Below are positions 24,419 to 32,000 of a stretch of 32,000 bases of DNA, in pieces. Numbering within the stretch: position 1 is the first letter of the stretch; every line of letters starts with the position of its first letter. The notes under the pieces were generated by a model, which worked only from the letters and a program-made list of their open reading frames with translations, had not been told where the DNA came from and made no database searches. The stretch spans positions 504,046-536,045 of the forward strand of contig NZ_JAZGQK010000003.1 in assembly GCF_036422035.1 (NCBI RefSeq), given 5' to 3'. The position numbers and the translations under genes are program-made. Source of the DNA: Plantactinospora sonchi. GTDB taxonomy: Bacteria; Actinomycetota; Actinomycetes; Mycobacteriales; Micromonosporaceae.

Positions 24419-24474
24419 CAGGCGGCAAAAGCAGACGGGCGGGGTGCTCTGCGGGTGCTCGGGACGCGTTGGAC
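24419..24474 (+). repeat. repeat copy 3: CAGGCGGC + 33-nt GGGTGCTC..CGTTGGAC motif (no hairpin)
   Basis: gggtgctctgcgggtgctcgggacgcgttggac (24442-24474) matches copy 1 at 29/33 positions and copy 2 at 28/33. It is preceded by ggttcg-N7-ggcggc, the same spacing as the T-loop/acceptor of the tRNA fragment at 6198-6216. Confidence 0.6.
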
Positions 24475-24698
24475 GGGCATGGCCGTCGAGGGCCTGTGCT
24501 GTATGCGTGTGGGCGTGGGAGTCAGGCCGAACTGGTGACTCTGTGCGGACCGGGTGTGTCGGAGTTGCTGGTCCAGGTGAGCTTCCTGGGGTGGCATGCG
24601 CAAAGTCCGCTGGTCGAGAGAGCACGTGGGTCACCAAGACTCGCCTGCCGCTCGGCGGCTGCCTTGGCCGATCGGGCAAACCGGCCAGGGGTGTTTCC

Positions 24699-26309
24699 TC
24701 ATACCGCTGCCGCTTGGGCGATGTCCTTCGGGCAGATGGAGCGCAGAGGGCAGGTGCCGCAGGCGGGCGTGCCTGGTCCGCACCAGCGTCGTCCGATCAG
24801 CCAGGCGGGGTAGTCCAGCTCTCCGGGCCGCTCTGGGTGTAGCCATCGCGCGACCTCCACCATGTGGTCGAGGTCGTCGCGCTCGGCGAGTCGTGTACGG
24901 AGGAATACCCGCCGAACATGTACGTCGTAGGCGATGTCCGTCCCGGACAGCTCCCGGATTGGCACTGCCAGGTCGCGGGCCAGGATCTCTACTGCCATCG
25001 CTGACTTCTTCTGCGCGATGCCGGGGAACCTCCGCAGCCGGGTGGCCAGATCGGTCGCGCGGGGTTCGTCCGCCCAGATCCGGCCGGCGTCGCCGCCATA
25101 TTCGTTCACGACGATGATGGCGGCGGCGACCAGCCATCCGGGCATGTTGTTGATGAACCGATGCAGTGCCGTCGGCTGGGCGACGGCAGCACGTACCTGC
25201 TCTGGTTCGGACGCCATTCGTGCTGGGTCGAGGTGTCCGAGGCGCTGATGCAAGTCGTACGGTGCCTTCCAGGCCCGCTCGGCGGGTATGCCTTGGTCGA
25301 AGATGACAGCCAGCAGGAACGCGAACGGGTCGGTCAGGATCAGCGTGTTGGCTTCGGGGTGCGGTGTGAATCGGGGTGGGGTGCCGGCCCGTTCGGCCTG
25401 ATGTTCCCGCCCGTACTTCAGCAGGGCAGTGACGATGGCACGCGCATCTGGTCGGACGGGAACGGGTGTGCCGGTGGGTGCGAGCGGCCGGATGGTCTCC
25501 TGGGGCTGCTTGATGAGGGCTACGGGTTGTTCTGGCGCTGGTGGTTGGGGCTGCCGGTCGTACCAGGCGAGCTGTTCGCCGAGCGGTAGCCCGGCCAGCG
25601 GTCGGCGAACCGCCGCTCCGGCCTGGGTGAGCAGTGGCACGATTGCTTGCGCGTATTCGTCGCCGGCGTGGATTTCGACCACGCGGTCGCGCACCTGGCT
25701 CTCTGCGCGCATCAGCTTGGCCGCGACCCATTGGCCCCATACGCGCCGGTAGTCCTTGCTCTGCTCGGCGAACGCGGTGTCGTACGGTGCGAGCACCGTC
25801 TCGGGCAGCACCAAGCCGTCCTCGGCGCTCAGGATGTAGTAGCGGCGGGCGTGCCGTTCGGCGTAGGCGCGGCGGCGGATGAACAGCGGCGAGACGTACA
25901 GGTCGCGGGCCGGCGCAGGGTGGTCGAGTTTCGTCTTGACGCAGCCGACCAGCGCGATGTCGGCCCGGATCTCGCCAGGCTCGGTCGGCCTTGATTGTCC
26001 GCTTGGGGGCTGCGCCGGGATCGCCGGCTGGGCTGTGGAGGAGGGCGATCGGCTGGTGTCGGCGAGCGTGTACCGGCCGCGCCCGACCCGGATGAGCGGC
26101 GTCCCGCACGGGCTCGACGGGCCACCGGTGGTATCCCGGGTCATTCCCTGGATGACCGGGCCGAGCGACTGTACGCGCTGCGTCGGGTCGAGCCGTTGGA
26201 CCTCGTCGATCAGCTCCGCTCGGCTGAAGTCGAACTTGTGTTTCGTGAGCTGGCGTGCTGCGGTGAGGATGAGCTGCCAGGCCGGCTGGTCCGTCACTGT
26301 CGCTTCCAT
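24699..26309 (-). CDS. fusion protein: N-terminal wHTH-like module + DUF6884-like domain + EndoIII-type HhH-GPD domain with a [4Fe-4S] cluster loop
   Basis: Central part: IALVGCVKTKLDHPAPARDLYVSPLFIRRRAYAERHARRYYILSAEDGLVLPETVLAPYD (DUF6884-like, from memory). C-terminal part: an HhH element (LRRFPGIAQKKSAMAVEIL), YDVHVRRVFLRTRL (compare VDTHIFRV of EndoIII) and CGPGTPACGTCPLRSIC, which is exactly Cx6Cx2Cx5C. Confidence 0.7.
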   Translation of the reverse strand: MEATVTDQPAWQLILTAARQLTKHKFDFSRAELIDEVQRLDPTQRVQSLGPVIQGMTRDTTGGPSSPCGTPLIRVGRGRYTLADTSRSPSSTAQPAIPAQPPSGQSRPTEPGEIRADIALVGCVKTKLDHPAPARDLYVSPLFIRRRAYAERHARRYYILSAEDGLVLPETVLAPYDTAFAEQSKDYRRVWGQWVAAKLMRAESQVRDRVVEIHAGDEYAQAIVPLLTQAGAAVRRPLAGLPLGEQLAWYDRQPQPPAPEQPVALIKQPQETIRPLAPTGTPVPVRPDARAIVTALLKYGREHQAERAGTPPRFTPHPEANTLILTDPFAFLLAVIFDQGIPAERAWKAPYDLHQRLGHLDPARMASEPEQVRAAVAQPTALHRFINNMPGWLVAAAIIVVNEYGGDAGRIWADEPRATDLATRLRRFPGIAQKKSAMAVEILARDLAVPIRELSGTDIAYDVHVRRVFLRTRLAERDDLDHMVEVARWLHPERPGELDYPAWLIGRRWCGPGTPACGTCPLRSICPKDIAQAAAV

Positions 26310-29300
26310 TCAGGGGCCGGTCGCAGGTCCAGGATGTCGGGTACGCCCGCCGCGCCGGTCTCTCGTCCTCGGAGCAGGTTCAGCAGGTCCTCCTGCCTGG
26401 GCTGGCCGAACGCCAGCCGGTACATCACCAGGTCCGACTTGAGCCGGTCGAGTTTCGCCTGGTCGCGGCTGAGTGGGTACGGCAGGACGTGCCGTTCGAT
26501 CTTCGCTGGCCCGGGGAACACCCAGTACGGCGCGAAGTCGCCAAGCTCTCCAGAGACCGCTCGTGCCGCGTCGTACAGGGCCTTCCACACGTCCGGCTCG
26601 CGGGAGCGCAAGGCCTCAGCGCGGTGTGCGGCGGCGACGTTGCGGCGTACGGCGTGCCCGCCGAACCGGTGCACTCGGCCCTCACGCTGCTCGAAGTCGA
26701 CGGGGTTGGCGGGGGTGTTCCAGTGCACGACGGCTGAGCACCACTGGTGGAAGTCGATGCCTTCCTGGCCGGCGCTGGTGGTGGCGACAACGAACGGCCA
26801 GAACGGGCTGTTGAAGGCTCGACGGACGGCCTCCTTGCGGTTGACCTGGGATTGTTCCTCGCCGCGGCCGCCGTAGCGCAGCGCGAACCGGCCGGGCAGT
26901 TTGATCCGCTCGTCGGGGTGGTGCGGGTTGAAGGCTTCGTACGTCGACGGTCGACTGGCGATCGCCTGCCGCGCCTCGTCGGCGAGCCGGCAGAGTTCCT
27001 CGTCGTCGAGGCGGGTGTCGGCAGCACCGCTGCGCAGGGTGTGCAGGTGCTCGTCGAGGACGGCCTGCAGACCGCCGGCGGCGCAGTACCGCAGCACCGC
27101 CCGCCAGTAGACCGAGCCCATCGACAGGCCGTCGAGCAGCTGCGCGGATTCCGGCCGGTTGAAAAGAGACCGCAGCCCGTTCGCCAGGACCGCCGCGGCG
27201 CGCCAGTGCCCTGCGGGTGTGACCGCATCGCCGGGGTGGATCAGCCGGGACAGTGCCCGCCAAGCAATGTTGCCCGGCCCATGCAGGCCGATCTCCGCGA
27301 CGCTGCCGAGCAGACCGTCGAGATGGTCCGTTGCCGGGTAGCGGGCATCGCTGGCCAGCTCGCGGACTCGCGCCACGTGCCGGTCCAGGCCGGTGGCCGT
27401 TCCGTCCTCTTCGGCCGAGGTGCCCAGGGCGGCAGCGGCGTCGTCTAGGCCGGGGTCGGCGCCGGGCCACCGGAAGACCAGCTCCCACGGCTCGGCCGGG
27501 CTCGCTTCGATGGCCTCCGCATCGCCCGAAGCGCGAGCAAGCAGCCGTTCCCGCACCTCGCGTTCGAACACGTCGAGCGGTGCGGTCTCGTCGGGCCGTC
27601 GGCGGGCCAGGGCCAGCGGATCGCACAGCGCGGCCAAAGCGGGATGGGGCCAGAACAGCGCCAAGACGCTCATCGCCGCCGGTCGGCCGTGTTCCAGTCG
27701 GTAGTCGAGATGCCGGTGCCCTTCCCCGGCGGCGCCGAGCCGGCGTTCGGCTTCGTAGCTGAGTAGCCCTGCCACCGCGGTGGGTGTGGCGTTCCAGGAC
27801 GAGAACAGCAGCCGCTTGGTGATGCCGTCCCGCGCTGCGGTGGTGAACGGCTCGCCGAGCGCGTGGTAGGGCATGGATGGGGGCAGCCACAGCAGTCGCC
27901 ACCAGCCCTGGTCGACGGTGTCGGCGGCGAGCTGCCGGAGCCGGGCGTTGCCGAGATCGACCAGTTCCCGTCGGTTGATCGCCTCGGCATCGAGCAGCTG
28001 GGTGGAGGCCAACAGCGCGGACACCTCGGGGTGCGGCTGGCCGTCGAGCGCGGCGCGAACCTTGTCACCGAGCTGGTAGCCGTCGAGGAAGTTGAGGAAG
28101 TACGGGGCGGACTTCCAATACTCGACCGTCATCGGAGCGCCGACGACACCGGCAATCTTGCGCATCGCCACGTAGCTGCGGACATCACGCACGTCGAGGT
28201 CATCGGCCACGGTGAGGTGCTCCCGCAGCATGCCATCCTGCATCAGCGCGGGCCGTTCCGTACGACACATGACCCGCAGCAGCAGGCCGCGCAGCCAGTC
28301 GCGCAGGTCACCGCAGGGCTCGCCGCGCACCAGCGCGTCCCGGTACGCCTCGAACGCCTTCGTCACGTCGGCGTGCCACGACTCGTCGTCGCTGAGGAAC
28401 CTCAGCACCTGCCGGAAGTCGCGGTAGTGGTCCTCGCCGGCGGTGGCCTCCTCGGCGAAGGTGAACGGCTTGTACGGGGTGGCCGACAGCAGCAGCACCC
28501 GGGCGGCCCGGTAGTCGAACAGGTGTCGGGCGAGGTCGGCGCCCTCGCCGCCGTGGGGGTCTAGCAGCTCCCGAAACCGTTGGAACTCGTCGAGGATGAT
28601 CAGGTCGGGTTCGAGAACCTCGACGCCGGCGGTCGCGAGCGTGGTCCGGAGAGCACCGGTGAGCGTGCGTGCCGTTTCCCGTAGTGCGTCCGGTAGGGCG
28701 GGGCGGCGGCCGATGCCGTCGAGCAGCGCGTCGAATTCGTGGAGCAGGCCACGTCGGCGGGCGCGGCGGAGGAACTCGCGGGTGATGGTGTGATCGAGCT
28801 TTCCGTCGAGCTGCGCCCATAGCCGGTTGCACTGTTCCTCGAACCGGCCGGGGCTTGCGACGCCGGCCTGCAGGGCGCGTAGCGCGGCCCGGGTCCGCCA
28901 ACCGTTCCATGAGCTCGCCTGTTCGAGGATCAGGAACAGCAGCGCCCGTTCCTCGGCCGTACCTGTGCGCCACCCCTGGTCGAACGAGGTGCCCGGGGTG
29001 AACGCCACCAGGTTGATCGGCTTGCCCCCGGTGGTGGGTGCGGCGTTGAGCTGGTCGGCGTGCTTGGCGAGCAGGGTGAGCCGGCTGGAAAGCGTGACGG
29101 TTTCGTCGGGGGTGACCCGGAGCCGGGCGATGTTCTGCCGGGCGACATCTTGGTTGGAGCAGACGTAGACGACGTCGACCCGGTCCACGCTGTCGTCGTC
29201 CTGCAACCGCTGCAAGGTCTCAGCGATGACGCCTCGGGCGACGACGCTCTTGCCGAGCCCGGTCTCGTCGGCGACCAGGAACCGGCGAGTCGGATCGGTG

Positions 29301-29389
29301 CCGAAAAACCGGTCGATCACGTGCGCGACGGTGGCGCGTTGGAAGTCTTTTAAGCCGGCCATGACCGGCCCGGCGTCGTACCAGTTCAC
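26294..29389 (-). CDS. SF2 helicase, SNF2/RapA-like
   Basis: Motif I is FLVADETGLGKS, motif II LIILDEFQRF, motif III LLLSATPYKP, and motifs V-VI are VVATTSAGQEGIDFH...FEQREGRVHRFG. The preferred start is GTG at 29389, which overlaps the PLD stop (GTGA). The ORF is open to 29440. Confidence 0.85.
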   Translation of the reverse strand: MNWYDAGPVMAGLKDFQRATVAHVIDRFFGTDPTRRFLVADETGLGKSVVARGVIAETLQRLQDDDSVDRVDVVYVCSNQDVARQNIARLRVTPDETVTLSSRLTLLAKHADQLNAAPTTGGKPINLVAFTPGTSFDQGWRTGTAEERALLFLILEQASSWNGWRTRAALRALQAGVASPGRFEEQCNRLWAQLDGKLDHTITREFLRRARRRGLLHEFDALLDGIGRRPALPDALRETARTLTGALRTTLATAGVEVLEPDLIILDEFQRFRELLDPHGGEGADLARHLFDYRAARVLLLSATPYKPFTFAEEATAGEDHYRDFRQVLRFLSDDESWHADVTKAFEAYRDALVRGEPCGDLRDWLRGLLLRVMCRTERPALMQDGMLREHLTVADDLDVRDVRSYVAMRKIAGVVGAPMTVEYWKSAPYFLNFLDGYQLGDKVRAALDGQPHPEVSALLASTQLLDAEAINRRELVDLGNARLRQLAADTVDQGWWRLLWLPPSMPYHALGEPFTTAARDGITKRLLFSSWNATPTAVAGLLSYEAERRLGAAGEGHRHLDYRLEHGRPAAMSVLALFWPHPALAALCDPLALARRRPDETAPLDVFEREVRERLLARASGDAEAIEASPAEPWELVFRWPGADPGLDDAAAALGTSAEEDGTATGLDRHVARVRELASDARYPATDHLDGLLGSVAEIGLHGPGNIAWRALSRLIHPGDAVTPAGHWRAAAVLANGLRSLFNRPESAQLLDGLSMGSVYWRAVLRYCAAGGLQAVLDEHLHTLRSGAADTRLDDEELCRLADEARQAIASRPSTYEAFNPHHPDERIKLPGRFALRYGGRGEEQSQVNRKEAVRRAFNSPFWPFVVATTSAGQEGIDFHQWCSAVVHWNTPANPVDFEQREGRVHRFGGHAVRRNVAAAHRAEALRSREPDVWKALYDAARAVSGELGDFAPYWVFPGPAKIERHVLPYPLSRDQAKLDRLKSDLVMYRLAFGQPRQEDLLNLLRGRETGAAGVPDILDLRPAPEWKRQ

Positions 29390-31137
29390 GCGCGCACCGT
29401 CCCCGTGATCGTCTCGCGTGCCGCCGTGATGACCCGCCACAGATCGGAAAAGCCCGCAGGCAGCAGTCGTTTGCTGTCACCTCTGGCTTCGATTCGGGCC
29501 ACCAACCGGGCCAGGTCGTCGAGCTGGTCCGGCCGGTCGACGAGGGCGTTGAGCAGCAGCTCGAGGATCCCGGTCCCGCCGGCGCGCCAGGCACCCGACC
29601 CGCCGGTGTCGCCGCCTGCGGCGGCGGCAGCCTCGGTGCCCAGGCCGAGGATCAGCAGCAGAAATCGCAGGAACTTCTCCGGGGTGTCGATCTGCTGGGC
29701 GAGGACGTGGTCGAGCCGGTGCGCGGGGTCGCCGATCAGGGTGGCGAGGACGACGGTCTGCTCTCGGCCGGTGGTGTCCTCGGCGGTGATGACGATGAAC
29801 GGGGTGATGTCGGCCAGCGCAAGTCCGGTGAACACGGCAGCCACCGGCTGCCCCGCCACGAGCGGCACCGCCTCACCGCGACGGGTGTGCACCTGCGCGG
29901 TGATCCGCACCCCCGGCAGATCGGGCAGGGCGTCCTGTGAGGTGAGCTCGATGCCGTAGCTGTCGGCTTCGGTGGTGACGGTGGCCGTCAGTGGGATGGC
30001 CGCGATGTCGCGGATCAGGTCCCGCAGCATGGTCGTTTCCGGCTCCGACTCGGTGGCATCGTGGCGGTCGTAGGGTTCGAGGATTCCGCGGAGACCTGCT
30101 TCCGGGCCGAGGACGGCGTTGATGCCCCACTGGGCGCGGCTGCCGGCCAGTTCCACCAACAGTTCGACGTTTCCGCCGAACGCCGCGTCGGTGGCGTTCG
30201 CGGAGCCGAGCAGGACCCGTGCCTGGTGGCCCTTCTCCACCACGTACACCTTCGCGTGCAGCCCGTGCAGCACCTCCTGGCCCGACGGCGTCCCCTCGGC
30301 GGGCAGACCGGCCAGGGCGCTGACCACGAACGCCTCCAACCCCGCCACCGTCTCCTCAGGTAGGCAGTCGAGGGTCTCCTGCCGGCTCACCAGGGCCAGC
30401 TGCCCGCTCGGTGCGCACCGGTCCAGCCCGCCCGGCGTGCAGAACGGCGAGATGACGAGGTGACGCGTGCCCTCGAAACGTGGCAGGCGAACACCGGGCA
30501 CGCCCAGCGCGTGGAAACTCATCTCCCGGGCTCTGTCGGGGAGTTCCCACTGGGCCCGGCGCAGGTCCTCGTTTAGCGCCTCGATCGCCGCCTGCCGGTC
30601 CGGCGGTAGTGGCGCGACCGCCAGCCGCACCGCATGCCGCAGGAGATCAGACAGCGGCCGGTTGTCCGCCTTCGGCCGTGGGCCGATAACACCGTCCAGA
30701 CGCAGGCACACATCCCAGCTGCGATCCTTGGTCAGGTTCCGGCTGAGCACCAGCAGCCGCAGGGACGTCTCGCCGGTTGTCTCGTCGTGGAAGCGCAGCG
30801 CCCACACCTTCGGGTGGAACAGGTGCCCGGGCTTGGGCCGGCGTACCTGGTGCACCATGGGCTCGACGAACGCCAGCAGCGCGGACTTCGTCGGGGGCAC
30901 GGCGATCTGCCCCGCTTGGCAGAACACGTCAATGCGGTCGGCGCAGTACCGTACGCCCTCCATCACCGTGATCGGGTCCGTCGACTCCCGCATACCGTGG
31001 GCGGCGAAGGCCAACGGGGCGACCAGCAGGCTCTCCAGGTCCAGGGTGAACGTCAACGCCACGGCTCGGGACAGTCGCGCGCCCGCTGGTGGGCGCAGCG
31101 CGTCAAGCAGCAGGGCGCGGGAGTCAGGCGCGAGCAC
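29386..31137 (-). CDS. phospholipase D-family (two HKD motifs) putative nuclease
   Basis: HKD 1 is LFHPKVWALRF...LLVLSRNLT. HKD 2 is GLHAKVYVVEKGHQARVLLGSANATDAAF. The ORF is open to 31242. GTG at 31137 gives a 14-nt overlap with the upstream gene rather than 119 nt. Confidence 0.8.
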   Translation of the reverse strand: MLAPDSRALLLDALRPPAGARLSRAVALTFTLDLESLLVAPLAFAAHGMRESTDPITVMEGVRYCADRIDVFCQAGQIAVPPTKSALLAFVEPMVHQVRRPKPGHLFHPKVWALRFHDETTGETSLRLLVLSRNLTKDRSWDVCLRLDGVIGPRPKADNRPLSDLLRHAVRLAVAPLPPDRQAAIEALNEDLRRAQWELPDRAREMSFHALGVPGVRLPRFEGTRHLVISPFCTPGGLDRCAPSGQLALVSRQETLDCLPEETVAGLEAFVVSALAGLPAEGTPSGQEVLHGLHAKVYVVEKGHQARVLLGSANATDAAFGGNVELLVELAGSRAQWGINAVLGPEAGLRGILEPYDRHDATESEPETTMLRDLIRDIAAIPLTATVTTEADSYGIELTSQDALPDLPGVRITAQVHTRRGEAVPLVAGQPVAAVFTGLALADITPFIVITAEDTTGREQTVVLATLIGDPAHRLDHVLAQQIDTPEKFLRFLLLILGLGTEAAAAAGGDTGGSGAWRAGGTGILELLLNALVDRPDQLDDLARLVARIEARGDSKRLLPAGFSDLWRVITAARETITGTVRA

Positions 31138-32000
31138 CAGCAGCCTCCGGCAGGTCGGCGGCGCAGCCGTCGTGGATGTCGGCGAGGATCCGGCGTACCT
31201 GCGGCCACCGGAACACCAGTTGCCGGCTGCCCGACGCGCCACTCCACGTGCGGAGCAGCTTGTCGTTGACCAGCCGCGACTGGCCCTTCTTCACCGACCG
31301 TTCCCGCTCGGCCACGAGAGCCCGCAGGCCTGGGTCGATGGCCGCATCACCGGCTGCTCCGCTGGTCACCGCGTCGAGCCACCGCTCGATGAACCGGTGC
31401 GCCGCCGCGTTCGTGGCGATTCGCGGGTTCTGCTGGATCAACCGGCTCCACATCCCCGACCGCTCCCAGCCCTTGAGGCCGGGCAAGGCCGACACTCGAT
31501 CACTCCACTTCCGCAGGGCGTCGCGGTACACGTCCGTCGGGTTCTCGTGCTCGGTCAGACCAGCTTGTTCGTACCGCTCGGCCACGAGCAGGTTGTACAG
31601 CAACGCTGCGCCATGCATCGCCAGCGAGAAGCGCTGCGCGTCCCGGACCAGCGAACCGACCGGCTCCGGCGCGGCGAGCGCCGCCGGCTCCCACGGCACT
31701 TGGCCGTCGGTAACCGGCCGATGCTCGGGTTGGAGCAGGTACGCCAACAGTGTGGCCGGCGCTGCGGCAAGAAGCCTCTCCCGCAGCCAGCGGGCCTCCT
31801 GCGGATACAGCGTCAGTCCGCCGTCGACCTCATTCGGGAAGTTCGCCGGTGCTCCTGGCATCGTCGGCTGCCAGGCACCGCTCGACTGGTCGGCCAGTTC
31901 ATCGGCCTCGGACGAACCGGAAGTCACCCGTCGGCCCGGGGTGTCGTCGTCACCCGTGCGGATGCCGTACCGCAGCAGCGCCGCCGCGTAGATGGCCGAT
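31124..32000 (-). CDS. hypothetical helical protein, first visible gene of the PLD-helicase operon (5' end outside the window)
   Basis: The frame stays open from 31124 to the window edge (SAIYAAALLRYGIRTGDDD...), so the GTG at 31927 is not necessarily the start. Third-position G/C is high throughout. I recognise no family motif (RLVNDKLLRTWSGASGSRQLVFRWPQVRRILADIHDG at the C-terminus). Confidence 0.6.
   Translation of the reverse strand, partial: SAIYAAALLRYGIRTGDDDTPGRRVTSGSSEADELADQSSGAWQPTMPGAPANFPNEVDGGLTLYPQEARWLRERLLAAAPATLLAYLLQPEHRPVTDGQVPWEPAALAAPEPVGSLVRDAQRFSLAMHGAALLYNLLVAERYEQAGLTEHENPTDVYRDALRKWSDRVSALPGLKGWERSGMWSRLIQQNPRIATNAAAHRFIERWLDAVTSGAAGDAAIDPGLRALVAERERSVKKGQSRLVNDKLLRTWSGASGSRQLVFRWPQVRRILADIHDGCAADLPEAAGARA

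Noticed and set aside
26294-29440. The 1048-aa helicase as the missing HsdR of the type I system
   Set aside because: It is on the opposite strand and convergent, in DNA of much higher G+C. It is coupled to a PLD gene, has SNF2-like motifs (DEFQ, SATP), and shows no recognisable N-terminal PD-(D/E)xK nuclease domain.
1-32000. CRISPR arrays, rRNA genes, IS elements with terminal inverted repeats
   Set aside because: No regularly spaced short repeats, no rRNA-like conserved segments and no transposase-like ORFs were seen on either strand.

Overview
High-G+C, actinomycete-type DNA that reads as a mosaic of accessory modules, not core genome. From left to right:

(1) 1-3000: two paralogous GntR/HutC-type regulators. 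Each is preceded by the same GTyTAGACGTCT box. Two tandem paralogous small 'WC-motif' proteins lie between them.

(2) about 3330-6100: a visibly lower-G+C block with three unassignable genes (a multi-TM protein, a single-TM protein and a Cys-rich protein). It ends at the 3' half of a tRNA-Lys(CUU), which looks like an att-type scar.

(3) 6211-7264: the tRNA tail, its terminator and a 33-nt motif are duplicated around a DUF1877 gene. A third copy of the motif lies at 24442-24474.

(4) 7339-12259: an XRE/TPR regulator translationally coupled to an HFCD-type flavoprotein. It is divergent from a radical-SAM/SPASM RiPP operon whose 60-aa precursor carries five aromatic-x-(N/S/K) motifs (triceptide-like), followed by a pentapeptide-repeat protein.

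(5) 12365-13021: a HAD hydrolase, followed by about 1.1 kb with no convincing gene.

(6) 14143-18229: a decayed integrative-element core, consisting of a frameshifted replication-relaxation gene, DUF2637, an excisionase-like HTH protein and a tyrosine integrase.

(7) 18650-24267: a low-G+C, tightly coupled hsdS-ptuA-ptuB-hsdM block, i.e. type I S and M subunits with a Septu-like ATPase/HNH pair between them. No hsdR is present in the window.

(8) 24699 to beyond 32000, minus strand: a translationally coupled operon running unknown protein -> two-HKD PLD nuclease -> SNF2/RapA-like helicase -> DUF6884 + EndoIII-like [4Fe-4S] glycosylase fusion.

I consider modules (8) and (7) the best candidates for an undescribed defence system. 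Everything rests on motif reading by eye; no database search was possible.
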